The position numbers and the translations under genes are program-made. Below are positions 36,372 through 46,224 of a stretch of DNA of 64,000 bases, in pieces. The DNA lies in NCBI GenBank assembly GCA_963718515.1, contig OY970354.1, positions 110,363-174,362 on the forward strand, written 5' to 3'. The stretch comes from an uncultured bacterium. GTDB lineage: Bacteria > Patescibacteriota > Minisyncoccia > UBA6257 > 2-01-FULL-56-20. Under the pieces are notes generated by a model. That model had not been told where the DNA came from, made no database searches, and saw only the letters and a list, made by a program, of their open reading frames with translations. Numbering within the stretch: position 1 is the stretch's first letter; every line of letters begins with the position of its first letter.

Positions 36372-37796
36372 ATGATTCCTGTTGACTCCATCACCGAAAA
36401 AGAATTGGATAGGCGATTCGAAACATTGCCGGCCAAACTGAAAGAGGCGCTCACCTCCGAGCGTAATCTGAGCGTCGTTAATGAAGTCTGCCAGAAAAAC
36501 AAGATCGGCGATGAAGACAAGGTAGTAACCCTACAGCAAATCGTGGGACTTGTGATGCTCGGCGTTGTGCACTACTACGACGTTGGGCCGGAGATCAACG
36601 AGGCGCTGTCGCTCAATAATCAAAAATTTTCTTCCGCCATCGCCGAGGAATTGAATGCAAAGGTATTTTCCCCGATCAAGACCGACCTTGAAAACAATTA
36701 TCAACCTCTCGTATCCGCTCTTTCGCAAAAGGATAGCGGAGCTCCTGCCGTGCTGCCTATATCGCCAAAACCAATATCCACCGTGCCGCCCGCCCAGCCG
36801 TTAGTAAAAACTCCCTCAACTCCGACATTAATTTCCACGCTCCCCGCAAACCAGCCGCCAGCTTCTTCCATGACCGGACCCGCCAAGCCCGCACCCCTGC
36901 CAGTGAATAAGATGGCCCCTCCCGCACCAACCGCCGCTGCGCGGCCCGCACAACCGGTGCCACCCCCGCAAAAACCCGTGACCACTTCGGATATTGGGTG
37001 GTCAAAGACGCAAACCTCCGGCCCGGTCATAAAGCTCGACACCTCAAACCTACCGCCAACTCCGCCGACTGCCGCGCCAGCGTCAACACTGTCTCGTTCT
37101 TCTCAAGGCGCGACAGTGACACCACGGCCGACTGCGTTCATCACTCCGGGCCCTGTAAGCGAATTTGATCGCTTAAATATAAAAGATAAGTCACCACTGA
37201 CCGGGGCCCAGCCAGGGGCTGCCACGGCGGCGGCCTCATCGCCCACCGCCTCCGCTACTCCTACTCCGACCAAGCCGGCCGGTGACCCACCGCCCGTGAT
37301 GCTCCATCAGGATACTTCTTTTAAAGCCCCAGAAAAAAATGCGGGATTCACTTTGGCGAGGCCGGGCAGTACGGCGGAGATAAAACTAACCCCTGGTGGA
37401 CCACAGACACCGACCCGATCCGCGGTTTTAGAGTTGGGAGGTTCAAATCCGTCCGCGCCGAAACCTCCGGCGGCAGGTTCTTCGGGTGTTGTGCACTACA
37501 CAGAATTCAAGCCGTCGCTCTCTTCCGTGCCGACCGCAAATTCCGGGCCAAGAAATGTGAGCCAGATCACGCCGCCATCGGCAAAACCACTCACGCCACT
37601 GGCACCGATGCCGACCACAACACCTATGCCGCCCACTCCGCCGCGCGCGCAAGCGGCGCCATCAAGCGCCACTATACCTCCTTCCGTCCCGCGTCCGCCG
37701 CAAGCGCCGGTAGCACCGGGGAAAAGCGCACCCGTACCGTCATCCGCGCCAACCGCGCCACAAGGCGAGAAAGTGATCGTTAAAGATTTTATATAG
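36372..37796 (+). CDS. Proline/threonine/alanine-rich low-complexity protein with globular N-terminal domain
   Basis: 474 aa. About 110 aa of structured N-terminus, then about 360 aa of P/T/A/S-rich sequence. Confidence 0.6.
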   Translation: MIPVDSITEKELDRRFETLPAKLKEALTSERNLSVVNEVCQKNKIGDEDKVVTLQQIVGLVMLGVVHYYDVGPEINEALSLNNQKFSSAIAEELNAKVFSPIKTDLENNYQPLVSALSQKDSGAPAVLPISPKPISTVPPAQPLVKTPSTPTLISTLPANQPPASSMTGPAKPAPLPVNKMAPPAPTAAARPAQPVPPPQKPVTTSDIGWSKTQTSGPVIKLDTSNLPPTPPTAAPASTLSRSSQGATVTPRPTAFITPGPVSEFDRLNIKDKSPLTGAQPGAATAAASSPTASATPTPTKPAGDPPPVMLHQDTSFKAPEKNAGFTLARPGSTAEIKLTPGGPQTPTRSAVLELGGSNPSAPKPPAAGSSGVVHYTEFKPSLSSVPTANSGPRNVSQITPPSAKPLTPLAPMPTTTPMPPTPPRAQAAPSSATIPPSVPRPPQAPVAPGKSAPVPSSAPTAPQGEKVIVKDFI

Positions 37797-37834
37797 TTGG
37801 TAAATGGGGCGTGCGGGACTTACAATGATTAAAT

Positions 37835-38353
37835 ATGCAATATCAGGTCCCACAATTTATCGAGACGGAAGATAAGGTCGTTGGGCCGTTCTCGCTTCGG
37901 CAGTTCGCGTATGTCGGCGTTGCGGCCCTCATCACCGGAGTCTGTTATTTTTTATTACAGACGTGGCTTTTTGCCATTGTGGCGATCATTCTCCTTGGTA
38001 GCTCGCTCGCACTGTCGTTCATAAAAATAAACGGCAGGCCGGTCACTAAAGTGATCTTCTCTGCCTTTAATTTCTATTGGCATCCGCAGACGTATGTGTG
38101 GAAACCCGACCATCCGGTCGAGCAACGTCACACAGCTCCTGTTGTGCGGGAGATGGCACCGATCGAGGCGATCGCCTCCGGCAATGCGCTCCATAAAAGC
38201 TGGCAGAATCTCCAGACTGGCACTCCTCCCGCTGCCGAGGCAAAAAAAGAATCGGCTCGCCAATTCGTTGAGAAAAAGATGGCAGAGCGGTATCAGATAT
38301 TCCGTCGGCAGAGCGGGGAACGCGATGCCGCGCGGCGCGTGGATTATCGCTAG
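37835..38353 (+). CDS. PrgI-family (VirB3-like) T4SS membrane protein
   Basis: 172 aa. MQYQVPQFIETEDKVVGPFSLRQFAYVGVAALITGVCYFLL matches the PrgI N-terminal consensus followed by two TM helices. Confidence 0.75.
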   Translation: MQYQVPQFIETEDKVVGPFSLRQFAYVGVAALITGVCYFLLQTWLFAIVAIILLGSSLALSFIKINGRPVTKVIFSAFNFYWHPQTYVWKPDHPVEQRHTAPVVREMAPIEAIASGNALHKSWQNLQTGTPPAAEAKKESARQFVEKKMAERYQIFRRQSGERDAARRVDYR

Positions 38354-38356
38354 GAA

Positions 38357-40827
38357 TTGTGGGAAAATAACAGTATGGCACTACCTTCAAAGCAGGATCT
38401 GGGAAATTCCCTTGATCTTGTCGATATTAAAGAGATAAAACAGAACACCGTGATCGTTAAGGATGGCAGCCTTCGCCAGGTCATCATGGTGGGTGGCGTT
38501 AATTTTTCATTAAAATCGGAGACAGAGCAGAATATTATACCCAGGGGTACCAGACATTTTTAAATAGCATCGATTTCCCCTTGCAGATATTGATCCATTC
38601 ACGCAAGGTGAACATCGAAAAATATATTGAGACGCTCACGGCCCGAAAGGAAGTGGAGCAATCGCCGATCTTGCAAAACCAAATCGAGGAATACGGAAAA
38701 TTTATAGAGGGGTTCGTGCAAAAGAACGCGATCATGGAAAAAGTGTTTCTCGTGGTCGTCTCGTTCTATGCGGCGTCGGTGCTCCCGAGCGCCAAGAGCG
38801 TTTCATCGATGATCCCGTTCCTGGGGAAAAAGAAACCGGATGCGGCGGCCGTGGCCCAGCGGGCAGGCGAGGAAGAAAAGATATTCGGCGAGAGCCTCGC
38901 CCAGCTTACCCAACGAACCGCGCAGATCACGAGCGGCCTCTTAAACATCGGCCTTGAGGCGACGGTGCTTGACGACGAACAGCTCATCGAGCTCTTTTAT
39001 AACTTCTACAACCCACAGACGATCGAACGTCAAAAAGTGCCAGGGCCACGGCAATAATATCCGCACTATCATCACCCATGCCAGCGAACCAGCAAAAAAT
39101 AATTTTGGCAGCCCAGAGGACGTGAAGAAGATCATCGCACCCGCGGGCGCGCGAGGTGTTTCCTAATTATTTAAAGATCGGCGACAAGCTCGCAAAAACA
39201 TTCTTTGTTTTTTCCTATCCGCGCTATCTTTCGACCGGCTGGTTCGAGCCGCTCATCAACCTGCCCAATCTTTTTGATATTTCGATTTTCATAAACCCGA
39301 TCGACACCGGCAGCGCGCTCAAAAATCTCCGCAAAAAAGCCGGCCAGCTTGAATCGCAAATGAACGAAGAGCAGGAAAAGGGCTTAGTGCGAAACCCCGT
39401 GCTCGAAACGGCCATCAACGACGTGGAGGGTCTGCGCGATTCGCTCCAGCAGTCCGAAGAAAAACTTTTCGACACCGGCGTTTACATCACGATCTATGCC
39501 GACACCACGGAAGAGCTCGCGCGGCTCGAGAGCAAGCTCGTCACCATGATGGAAGCGAAGCTCATCTATATAAAGCCCGCGCTTTTTGAACAGCTCGAGG
39601 GACTTTCTTCCATACTTGCCCATCAACGAGGACAAATTGCAGATCTACACGCCGATGAACACGAGTCCGATCTCGTCGTTCTTCCCGTTTGTTTCGGAAG
39701 ATCTTTCTTCCAACGAGGGCATTATGTACGGCATCAATCTGCACAACAGCAATCTCGTGATCTTCGACCGCTTCTCGCTTGAGAACGCGAACGAGGTGGT
39801 CTTCGCAAAGTCCGGTTCGGGAAAATCGTATACCACAAAGCTCGAGATCATCCGCTCGCTCATGGCCGGCATCGACATGGTGATCGTGATCGACCCGGAA
39901 AATGAATATGAACGGCTCGCCAAGACATTCGGCGGAAGCATGTTCAATATTTCACTGTCGTCGCACGAACACATCAATCCGTTCGACATCCCGCTCATCC
40001 CCGAAGGCGAAACGCCGTCGGATGTTTTGCGTTCCCATATCGTGACGCTCGCGAGCTTGCTCAAACTTATGGTTGGCAAGCTCACGCCGGAGGAGGACTG
40101 CGATCCTCGACCGCGCGATCACCGAAACCTACGCCTCGCGCGAGATCGTGGCGGATACTGACTTTACCGGCAAAGAGCCGCCGGTGCTTGAGGATCTTGG
40201 AAACCGTTCTGCGCAATCTGGAAGGCGGGCACGACCTTGCGGAAAAGCTCTATAAATATACCAAAGGAAGTTTTGCCGGATTTTTGAATCAGCCGACAAA
40301 CATTGATGTCGAAAATCGCCTTATTGTTTTCTCCATCCGCGACCTGGAAGAAGAATTGCGCCCGATCGGCATGTTCGTCGTGCTGAACTTTATCTGGAAC
40401 CTTATCCGCGCAAAGCTCGCCAAGCGCCTGCTCTTCATTGACGAAGCGTGGATCATGATGAAGAACGAGGACAGCGCGACATTCTTGTTCGGTCTCGTAA
40501 AGCGCGCGCGCAAATATTATCTGGGCGTTACGACGATCACGCAGGACGTGGAAGATTTTTTGCGCTCGCCGTACGGCCGCCCGATCATCACAAACTCTTC
40601 ATTGCAGTTGCTGTTAAAACAGGCGCCCGCCACGATCGATATCGTTGCAAAAGCGTTCGACCTGACCGATGCGGAAAAGAACTTTCTTGCTCGGCGCAGA
40701 AGTCGGCACCGGCATCTTCTTTGCCGGCAAGCGCCACGTGGCCATCCAGATCGTGCCGTCGTACTACGAAGACCAGATCATCACGACAAATCCCGAACAG
40801 CTGCTGGAGGAAAAAAGTGCGCTGTAA
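38357..40827 (+). pseudogene. VirB4/TrbE-like T4SS ATPase, at least 7 frameshifts as assembled
   Basis: Fragments across ORFs 38357..38563, 38581..39057, 38954..39166, 39156..39782, 39586..40161, 40073..40255 and 40188..40850. Walker A VVFAKSGSGKSYTTK, Walker B LLFIDEAWIMM. The true C-terminus, GAEVGTGIFFAGKRHVAIQIVPSYYEDQIITTNPEQLLEEKSAL, ends at TAA 40825-40827. Confidence 0.85.
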
Positions 40828-40836
40828 TACCTTCCC

Positions 40837-41712
40837 ATGGAGGAAAATAAAATAGATTTTTTTAACCCGAGCACGATATTGTTCTTTATCATGGCCTTCA
40901 TGGCGGACCTTTGCTTTATGGGGATGGTCGGATTGCTCATCCCCGGCGTAGGGCTCGCGATAGCGATGTTCGTGCTCGGCGCGCATTATCTTATTGGTCT
41001 CATTATAGTCGTCTATTTTTGGGGAAAGACGCACGGATTACTTCCGAAGGCTCTTCTCGTTTGGGGCTGGATAGTTCCACTCCCGGCGCTGACCATTGGG
41101 TTGATACTTACGATTATTGCCTCAAATAAAATTGGGGAGACTCTTCTCGAAGCCGGGGCACTCCTCGTTGAAACGGTCGTGATCCAGGGTATCGCCATTG
41201 GAACAGGCGGCGCAGGCGAAGCTCTTGAGCTGGGCGCGGTGGCCGCCGAGGGAGTCGAAGTGGGTGCCGAAGTGGCCGAGGTAGGGGCAACGGCGGCGGA
41301 AGGAGTGGCGGCGGCGGGCGAAGCGGTAGGGGCTGGTGAAGCGGCGGGAACCGCTGGCGAGGTGGGGGCAGGAGTTGGCGAAGCTGGAACAGAGGCGGGC
41401 GAAGGCGCCGCTCAAGCAGGAGGGGGAGTGGACCTGGAGCCCGAGGAGGAGAAAAATCCAATCGAAAATCTCGGGAGGGATCTCGATCAACCCCAGGAAA
41501 ATGAATTCCGCGAAGGATCCCAAACCCAAGCGACCGAAGCAGAGGAGGAAGAGGATGCTGAAAGAGCAAGGCGGAAAAAGACCGCGGAAAGGATTAAGAA
41601 AGGCATCCATCTCGTTACTTCGGAAGACGAGGAAAATGAGGAGGAAAATATCGACGAGCCACCCCGGCGGGTTGATGAAAGTGAGGACGAAGAGTTGGAG
41701 GATGCGGCATAA
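40837..41712 (+). CDS. Membrane protein with G/A/E/V-rich repeat region and highly acidic tail
   Basis: 291 aa with 4 TM helices. Followed by GAGEALELGAVAAEGVEVGAEVAEVGATAAEGVAAAGEAVGAGEAAGTAGEVGAGVGEAGTEAGEG and then an E/D-rich C-terminus. Confidence 0.6.
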   Translation: MEENKIDFFNPSTILFFIMAFMADLCFMGMVGLLIPGVGLAIAMFVLGAHYLIGLIIVVYFWGKTHGLLPKALLVWGWIVPLPALTIGLILTIIASNKIGETLLEAGALLVETVVIQGIAIGTGGAGEALELGAVAAEGVEVGAEVAEVGATAAEGVAAAGEAVGAGEAAGTAGEVGAGVGEAGTEAGEGAAQAGGGVDLEPEEEKNPIENLGRDLDQPQENEFREGSQTQATEAEEEEDAERARRKKTAERIKKGIHLVTSEDEENEEENIDEPPRRVDESEDEELEDAA

Positions 41713-41756
41713 TGGCCACACGAACAATTCTCGATTTGGTATACTAAAGCAAAGAC

Positions 41757-42476
41757 ATGCCTTCCCGAATGAGCTCTAAAAAAATCGCGGCCCTGGGACT
41801 TGTGACAATTGCTTTTGCTGTTTTCTTTTCTTTTAATGGGGCGAGTGCCCAAACTGCCGCCTCGGCGCCGCAGTTTCTTATCACATGGCAAACGACGGGG
41901 AGTTATATCCCATCATTCTATCAGGGCAAAGCACTGCCGACCTATGGCTCAAAGATAACCGCATCGCTCGTGCTCGTCTCGGCGAACGGCCAAGTGCTCA
42001 ACCTTAGCGGACAAACGATCTATTGGTATCTTGACGATAACCTGGTCGGCGGCGGCACGGGCGTCCAGCAAGTGACGTTCTCGCCACTCGGCGAAGCACC
42101 GAGTTCGCTCAATCTGCGCGTAACACTGCCGAATTACAGCGGCGGTTACCTGGTACACGCGATAAATATCCCGATGGTCCTGCCGGAGGCCGTGATTCTC
42201 GCGCCGTATCCGAACGGCCAGTTCTCCGAAAACCCTCTTACCATAAAGGCATTGCCATATTTTTTTAATGTCCAGGACGCTTCCGATCTTTCGTACACCT
42301 GGTCGGTGAATAGCCAAAGCGGATCCAATACCGAAAATCCCGAAGAGGCGCAGGTGACGCTTCCGCAGGGGACGCAATCCGGCACCGCTCTCGCCGTGTC
42401 GCTCAGCATTGAGAATCCGAATGATTCGACGATCGGCACGGCGTCGGAAAACCTGACTTACGAAAGCCAATTATAA
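41757..42476 (+). CDS. Secreted hypothetical protein (signal peptide)
   Basis: 239 aa. The N-terminus KKIAALGLVTIAFAVFFSFNGASAQ looks like a Sec signal peptide. The body is beta-rich. Confidence 0.6.
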   Translation: MPSRMSSKKIAALGLVTIAFAVFFSFNGASAQTAASAPQFLITWQTTGSYIPSFYQGKALPTYGSKITASLVLVSANGQVLNLSGQTIYWYLDDNLVGGGTGVQQVTFSPLGEAPSSLNLRVTLPNYSGGYLVHAINIPMVLPEAVILAPYPNGQFSENPLTIKALPYFFNVQDASDLSYTWSVNSQSGSNTENPEEAQVTLPQGTQSGTALAVSLSIENPNDSTIGTASENLTYESQL

Positions 42477-42853
42477 TGATGAACTTCTTATTTATTCCTG
42501 TTGCGCACGCGGTCACGATCAGCATGTCCATTCCGGGGAACAATCCGAACTCTAGCACCACGCCGCCCGGCGCGTTTGTCGCAAATCTCTATCAGTTCGC
42601 ATTGATGATCGGCGGCGTGCTCGCGTTCGGCGTGATCGTCTATGGCGGCGTAAAATATATGACATCCTCCGGCAACCCTTCCGGGCAAGGCGATGCGAAG
42701 GAGTGGATCGAGGCGGCGCTCCTTGGGCTTTTATTGTTGGCAGGGGCATATTTTATCCTCTACATCGTAAATCCCCAACTCGTGAACCTTAATTTACCGG
42801 CGCCAAGCAGCCTCCCGCAGACAAATATACAAAGTCCTCCTCCGAACCAATAA
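42476..42853 (+). CDS. T4SS pilin-like protein (TrbC/VirB2-type)
   Basis: 125 aa. Leader, then two hydrophobic helices flanking YGGVKYMTSSGNPSGQGDAKEWI. This is the layout I associate with the T4SS_pilin family common in CPR genomes. Confidence 0.65.
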   Translation: MMNFLFIPVAHAVTISMSIPGNNPNSSTTPPGAFVANLYQFALMIGGVLAFGVIVYGGVKYMTSSGNPSGQGDAKEWIEAALLGLLLLAGAYFILYIVNPQLVNLNLPAPSSLPQTNIQSPPPNQ

Positions 42854-42859
42854 CATCCC

Positions 42860-44146
42860 ATGAAGCGCTATATCTACATCATCATCGGCATCGTCGTCGT
42901 AGCCGCACTCGCGATCGCGGCGCTCCTCTATATTAAGGACCGATCCGCTGTGTCGGGCGGCGGAACGACCACAACCACCGGCTCCCTTCCCCCGGTAGGC
43001 ACGCAGGGGACGACCGGCTCCGGCGGTAACGGCACCACGACAACAGGCTCGGGATCATCGGGCACAACTGGCCCAGGCGGCACAAGCGCCTCCGCAGGGA
43101 CGGGCGTCCAAGCATTCGGCATGCTTTCAAACGACCCCGTTCTTGACTACTTCGTCGGCGCGGGAAACACGATCACCGCGATCGAGCCGACGGGCGAAAT
43201 TGTTTCGATCGCTGGCGGGCAATCCACCACTATTAATTCATCGACGATCAATGACATCATCTCCGCCAGCTTCTCCTATGACGGAAGAAAGATATTGGTA
43301 AGCTTCGGAGATCCCGCGAACCCGCAGTCGAGCGTCTTTGATATTATTTCGGAAACATGGACGGCACTCCCACAAGGCCTGCAGTCGCCGCGATGGTCGT
43401 CGAGCAGCTACCAGATCGCATATTTCTCAACAACGGCCGGCGGAAAGCTCGCGCTTTCAATATTGAACGCGGCGAATCTTAAGACGGCGCCATCGACACT
43501 TCTTACCCTTGCCGCAAGCGACCTTGACCTCCAGTGGGTTTCCAAGAACCAATTCGTGCTTTCCGACAAGCCGACGTCATATGACAATGGCTCCATCTGG
43601 CTATTCAATGCCCAAACCAATGCGCTCTCGGCGCTCGTTTACGAGGCCCCCGGCCTAGAAGGCCTCTGGAGTAATAATACGAGCACGCCGTATGGACTGG
43701 TATTTTTTGATGGCCCGGCGGGGCAGAGCCCAACGCTCCAGTTGCAAGCTCTCTACGGTAATGCGCCGACACAAGCACTCAGCCTCCTCACGCTCCCTTC
43801 TAAGTGTCTTTTTAATACGGAACCCACGCCGTCATCCACCGCCCTCGCCGCAACCTCGACAGCGACGAAGGCGGCGGGTTCCTCCACTTACCTTGCACTC
43901 TATTGCGGCATCCCGCGTACTTCGTCGGGATTCTCTTCGGCGCGCCTGCCGGACGATTACGAGACAATGGCACTTTTTACCTCTGATGATATTTATAAAA
44001 TAAATACCGCAACGGGCGACACGCAAGTGTTATGGAGTGACCAGACGCAGAATATGGATGTCTCCGACATGAAGCTCTTCAATGGCACGTTATTCTTCAT
44101 AAACCGCTACGACCAAAAGTTGTACGGCCTTACGTTCTCTCAATAA
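42860..44146 (+). CDS. Membrane-anchored protein with G/T-rich linker and probable beta-propeller ectodomain
   Basis: 428 aa. TM helix, GGGTTTTTGSLPPVGTQGTTGSGGNGTTTTGSGSSGTTGPGG linker, and a repetitive beta-strand-rich body. The propeller assignment is inference. Confidence 0.55.
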   Translation: MKRYIYIIIGIVVVAALAIAALLYIKDRSAVSGGGTTTTTGSLPPVGTQGTTGSGGNGTTTTGSGSSGTTGPGGTSASAGTGVQAFGMLSNDPVLDYFVGAGNTITAIEPTGEIVSIAGGQSTTINSSTINDIISASFSYDGRKILVSFGDPANPQSSVFDIISETWTALPQGLQSPRWSSSSYQIAYFSTTAGGKLALSILNAANLKTAPSTLLTLAASDLDLQWVSKNQFVLSDKPTSYDNGSIWLFNAQTNALSALVYEAPGLEGLWSNNTSTPYGLVFFDGPAGQSPTLQLQALYGNAPTQALSLLTLPSKCLFNTEPTPSSTALAATSTATKAAGSSTYLALYCGIPRTSSGFSSARLPDDYETMALFTSDDIYKINTATGDTQVLWSDQTQNMDVSDMKLFNGTLFFINRYDQKLYGLTFSQ

Positions 44147-44175
44147 CCCCAGCGGAATAATTAAACTTGTGCGCA

Positions 44176-44245
44176 AATAAAAATAGCTTTTGTATTGTGC
44201 CGAATTATTCTTATCACGAGGCACAATACAAAAGCTATTTTTATT
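44176..44245. terminator. 26-bp perfect hairpin between convergent genes; overlaps the jag stop codon
   Basis: AATAAAAATAGCTTTTGTATTGTGCC (44176-44201) and its exact reverse complement (44220-44245), with an 18-nt loop. Confidence 0.6.
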
Positions 44246-44678
44246 CGAGTATGGGTTTAATAATCACGTATCGCTCTTTTCCTTCGCCTGCACTTTCGGT
44301 TTTTACTTCGGGATGGATCGCGAGTTCCACGTGCACCAACCGACGCTCGTATGAATTCATCGCGGGGAGTGCCACTTCCGTTTTTGTGGTGGACGCTTTC
44401 TTTGCCGCCGCGCGCGCGAGCTCCGCGATCAGGTTCTCACGATCGTGGCGATAGTTGTTGACGTCCAAAAATATCGTCTCGGTCTGGTTCTTTTTTGCGA
44501 CCATCTGGAGAATGTGGTTCACCGCCTCCACGATCGCAGGAAGGTTCTCTTTGAGCATCTCCTGATCCTCATAGATGAATACCGAGCCGCGGCGATCCTC
44601 TATCTTTATCTCGAGGTTATAGTCAGTGAAGCCGATGAGCTCCAATGTTTTTTTAATGAATGATTCCCAGTTGTCCAT
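44241..44678 (-). CDS. jag: Jag/KhpB-like RNA-binding protein (KH + R3H)
   Basis: 145 aa. C-terminal R3H motif LPAMNSYERRLVHVELAIHPEVKTESAGEGKERYVIIKP. Lies in the conserved position downstream of yidC. Confidence 0.85.
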   Translation of the reverse strand: MDNWESFIKKTLELIGFTDYNLEIKIEDRRGSVFIYEDQEMLKENLPAIVEAVNHILQMVAKKNQTETIFLDVNNYRHDRENLIAELARAAAKKASTTKTEVALPAMNSYERRLVHVELAIHPEVKTESAGEGKERYVIIKPILE

Positions 44679-44815
44679 GCGTTCCCGTAACTATTCCATA
44701 ATATGCCTGCAAAATCAAGCGGTGCCGGTAAAATCAGCCATGGCAAAAATAAAGACGCCGTCTTCGTCGAACTATCATCTGCCGGGAGACGAAGACGGCG
44801 TCTTTGTTTTTGCCG

Positions 44816-45529
44816 CTACGCGCCGTATTTCGTGCGAAGATGCTTGTTCACAAAATATTGCTGGGCGGCGGAGAAGAGCGAGCTCATAAGCCAGTAGAGG
44901 CCGAGTGCGGCGGGAAAGTTATAGAAAACGAGAATGGTGATGAGCGGCCCGACGAACACCATCTGGCGCGCGATCTTTTCCGCCTGCGTGGGCGCGCTCG
45001 TGTTGGATGGGTTGCGATAGATAGCAAGCTTTGCTTGAAGGAATTGCCCGGCCGCGGCGGCAAAGATAAGGATGATGTTCGGCTTGGTAAGATTGATGAT
45101 CCCCAAAAACATCGTGTTGATGTTCTGTGGCACGGCGATGAAAGAATATAATCCCGTGATCGCGGTCGTGCCGATCCCGGCGCGGACCACCCAATAGAAC
45201 GTGAGGAGGATCGGTATCTGAATGATAAGAAGAAGAATGCCAGAAAACGGGTTCACTCCGTGCTCTTTATATAATTCCATAAGCGCCTTCGCCTGTTGGT
45301 CGCGGTCATCTTTGTGCTTTGTCTGGATCTCCTTCACCTTCGGCTGGATGCGTTGCATGAGCATCTGCTGTTTCGCGCCGGTGTGGAAAAACGGATAGAG
45401 TATAAGACGAATAAAAAGCGTGACCAATATGATCGCGACGCCAAGGTCATGGAACGCGATTGTTTGGTAAAAAAAAATAAGAAGGTTGAGGATCGGCCGG
45501 TAAAATATCTGCTGATAGAGATACACCAT
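44816..45529 (-). CDS. yidC: Membrane protein insertase YidC (short form)
   Basis: 237 aa. LGVAIILVTLFIRLILYPF ... MQRIQPKVKEIQTKHKDDRDQQAKALMELYKEHGVNPFSG matches YidC/Oxa1. Confidence 0.92.
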   Translation of the reverse strand: MVYLYQQIFYRPILNLLIFFYQTIAFHDLGVAIILVTLFIRLILYPFFHTGAKQQMLMQRIQPKVKEIQTKHKDDRDQQAKALMELYKEHGVNPFSGILLLIIQIPILLTFYWVVRAGIGTTAITGLYSFIAVPQNINTMFLGIINLTKPNIILIFAAAAGQFLQAKLAIYRNPSNTSAPTQAEKIARQMVFVGPLITILVFYNFPAALGLYWLMSSLFSAAQQYFVNKHLRTKYGA

Positions 45530-45542
45530 TGGTTTTTATTAT

Positions 45543-45872
45543 TTATATTTTTGCCGTTGCTATTGTGAGCTCTTCCTGAAATCTTTTTTTTGTGAGGCCG
45601 TTCACCCCGGCAGAGAGGATCATAAGAATGTCCATTCCTTTTCCGCCGCCGTGCTCGCGATTTGCGAGAGATAGAAGCGCCGCCTTCGCCTGACGTTTCC
45701 AAAAATTCCTTTTTGCGGCGCTTTTATGGACGGATTTTCCGGCAACCACTCCGATCCGCACCCTACCGATAGTGTTCATTTTGATTTTCAAAGAAAATAA
45801 TGGATTTCTGATCGTCCTATACCCACGGGCGTGGAACTCATCCCGAGGAAGGCGCGCTACTTTGGGAATCAT
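45543..45872 (-). CDS. rnpA: Ribonuclease P protein component
   Basis: 109 aa. Basic RNR-like stretch KSAAKRNFWKRQAKAA. Lies in the conserved position between rpmH and yidC. Confidence 0.85.
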   Translation of the reverse strand: MIPKVARLPRDEFHARGYRTIRNPLFSLKIKMNTIGRVRIGVVAGKSVHKSAAKRNFWKRQAKAALLSLANREHGGGKGMDILMILSAGVNGLTKKRFQEELTIATAKI

Positions 45873-45910
45873 ATACCTAAAAGATGGTGATGGGGTGCCA
45901 AAAACGACGG

Positions 45911-46045
45911 CTAAACGGTCAATTTCCGCCTGCCTTTTGCCCTTCTTCGGGAAAGAACGCGCCTGCCCGTCGGAGTGGCCTGGCGCTTAAGGAACCCATG
46001 GGTATTCCTCCGCTTCTTTTTCTTTGGATTGTACGTAAACGACAT
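45911..46045 (-). CDS. rpmH: 50S ribosomal protein L34
   Basis: Below the ORF-track cutoff. Hand translation: [44 protein letters not shown] (44 aa), the L34 signature. Confidence 0.9.
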   Translation of the reverse strand: MSFTYNPKKKKRRNTHGFLKRQATPTGRRVLSRRRAKGRRKLTV

Positions 46046-46224
46046 TCCCTAGATGGTATCACACTGTTTTTAAAAAGCAAAGCTTCTTTTTTGATCCAGC
46101 GACACCTAAAAAAAGCTGTGCACACGTAATCCCCAGAAAAAGAACTTTTGTTATTTATATGGCTCTTTGACTTGTGGAACGGAAGAGATAATAATGAATC
46201 AACGAACTTAATTATTTTTTAACT

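Noticed and set aside
41114-41891. Minus-strand ORFs 41114..41569, 41122..41727 and 41487..41891
   Set aside because: They are shadows of the G/A/E repeat and acidic-tail coding region. Pro/Leu/Arg/Ser-rich repeats mirror the GAG/GCG codon repeats on the plus strand.
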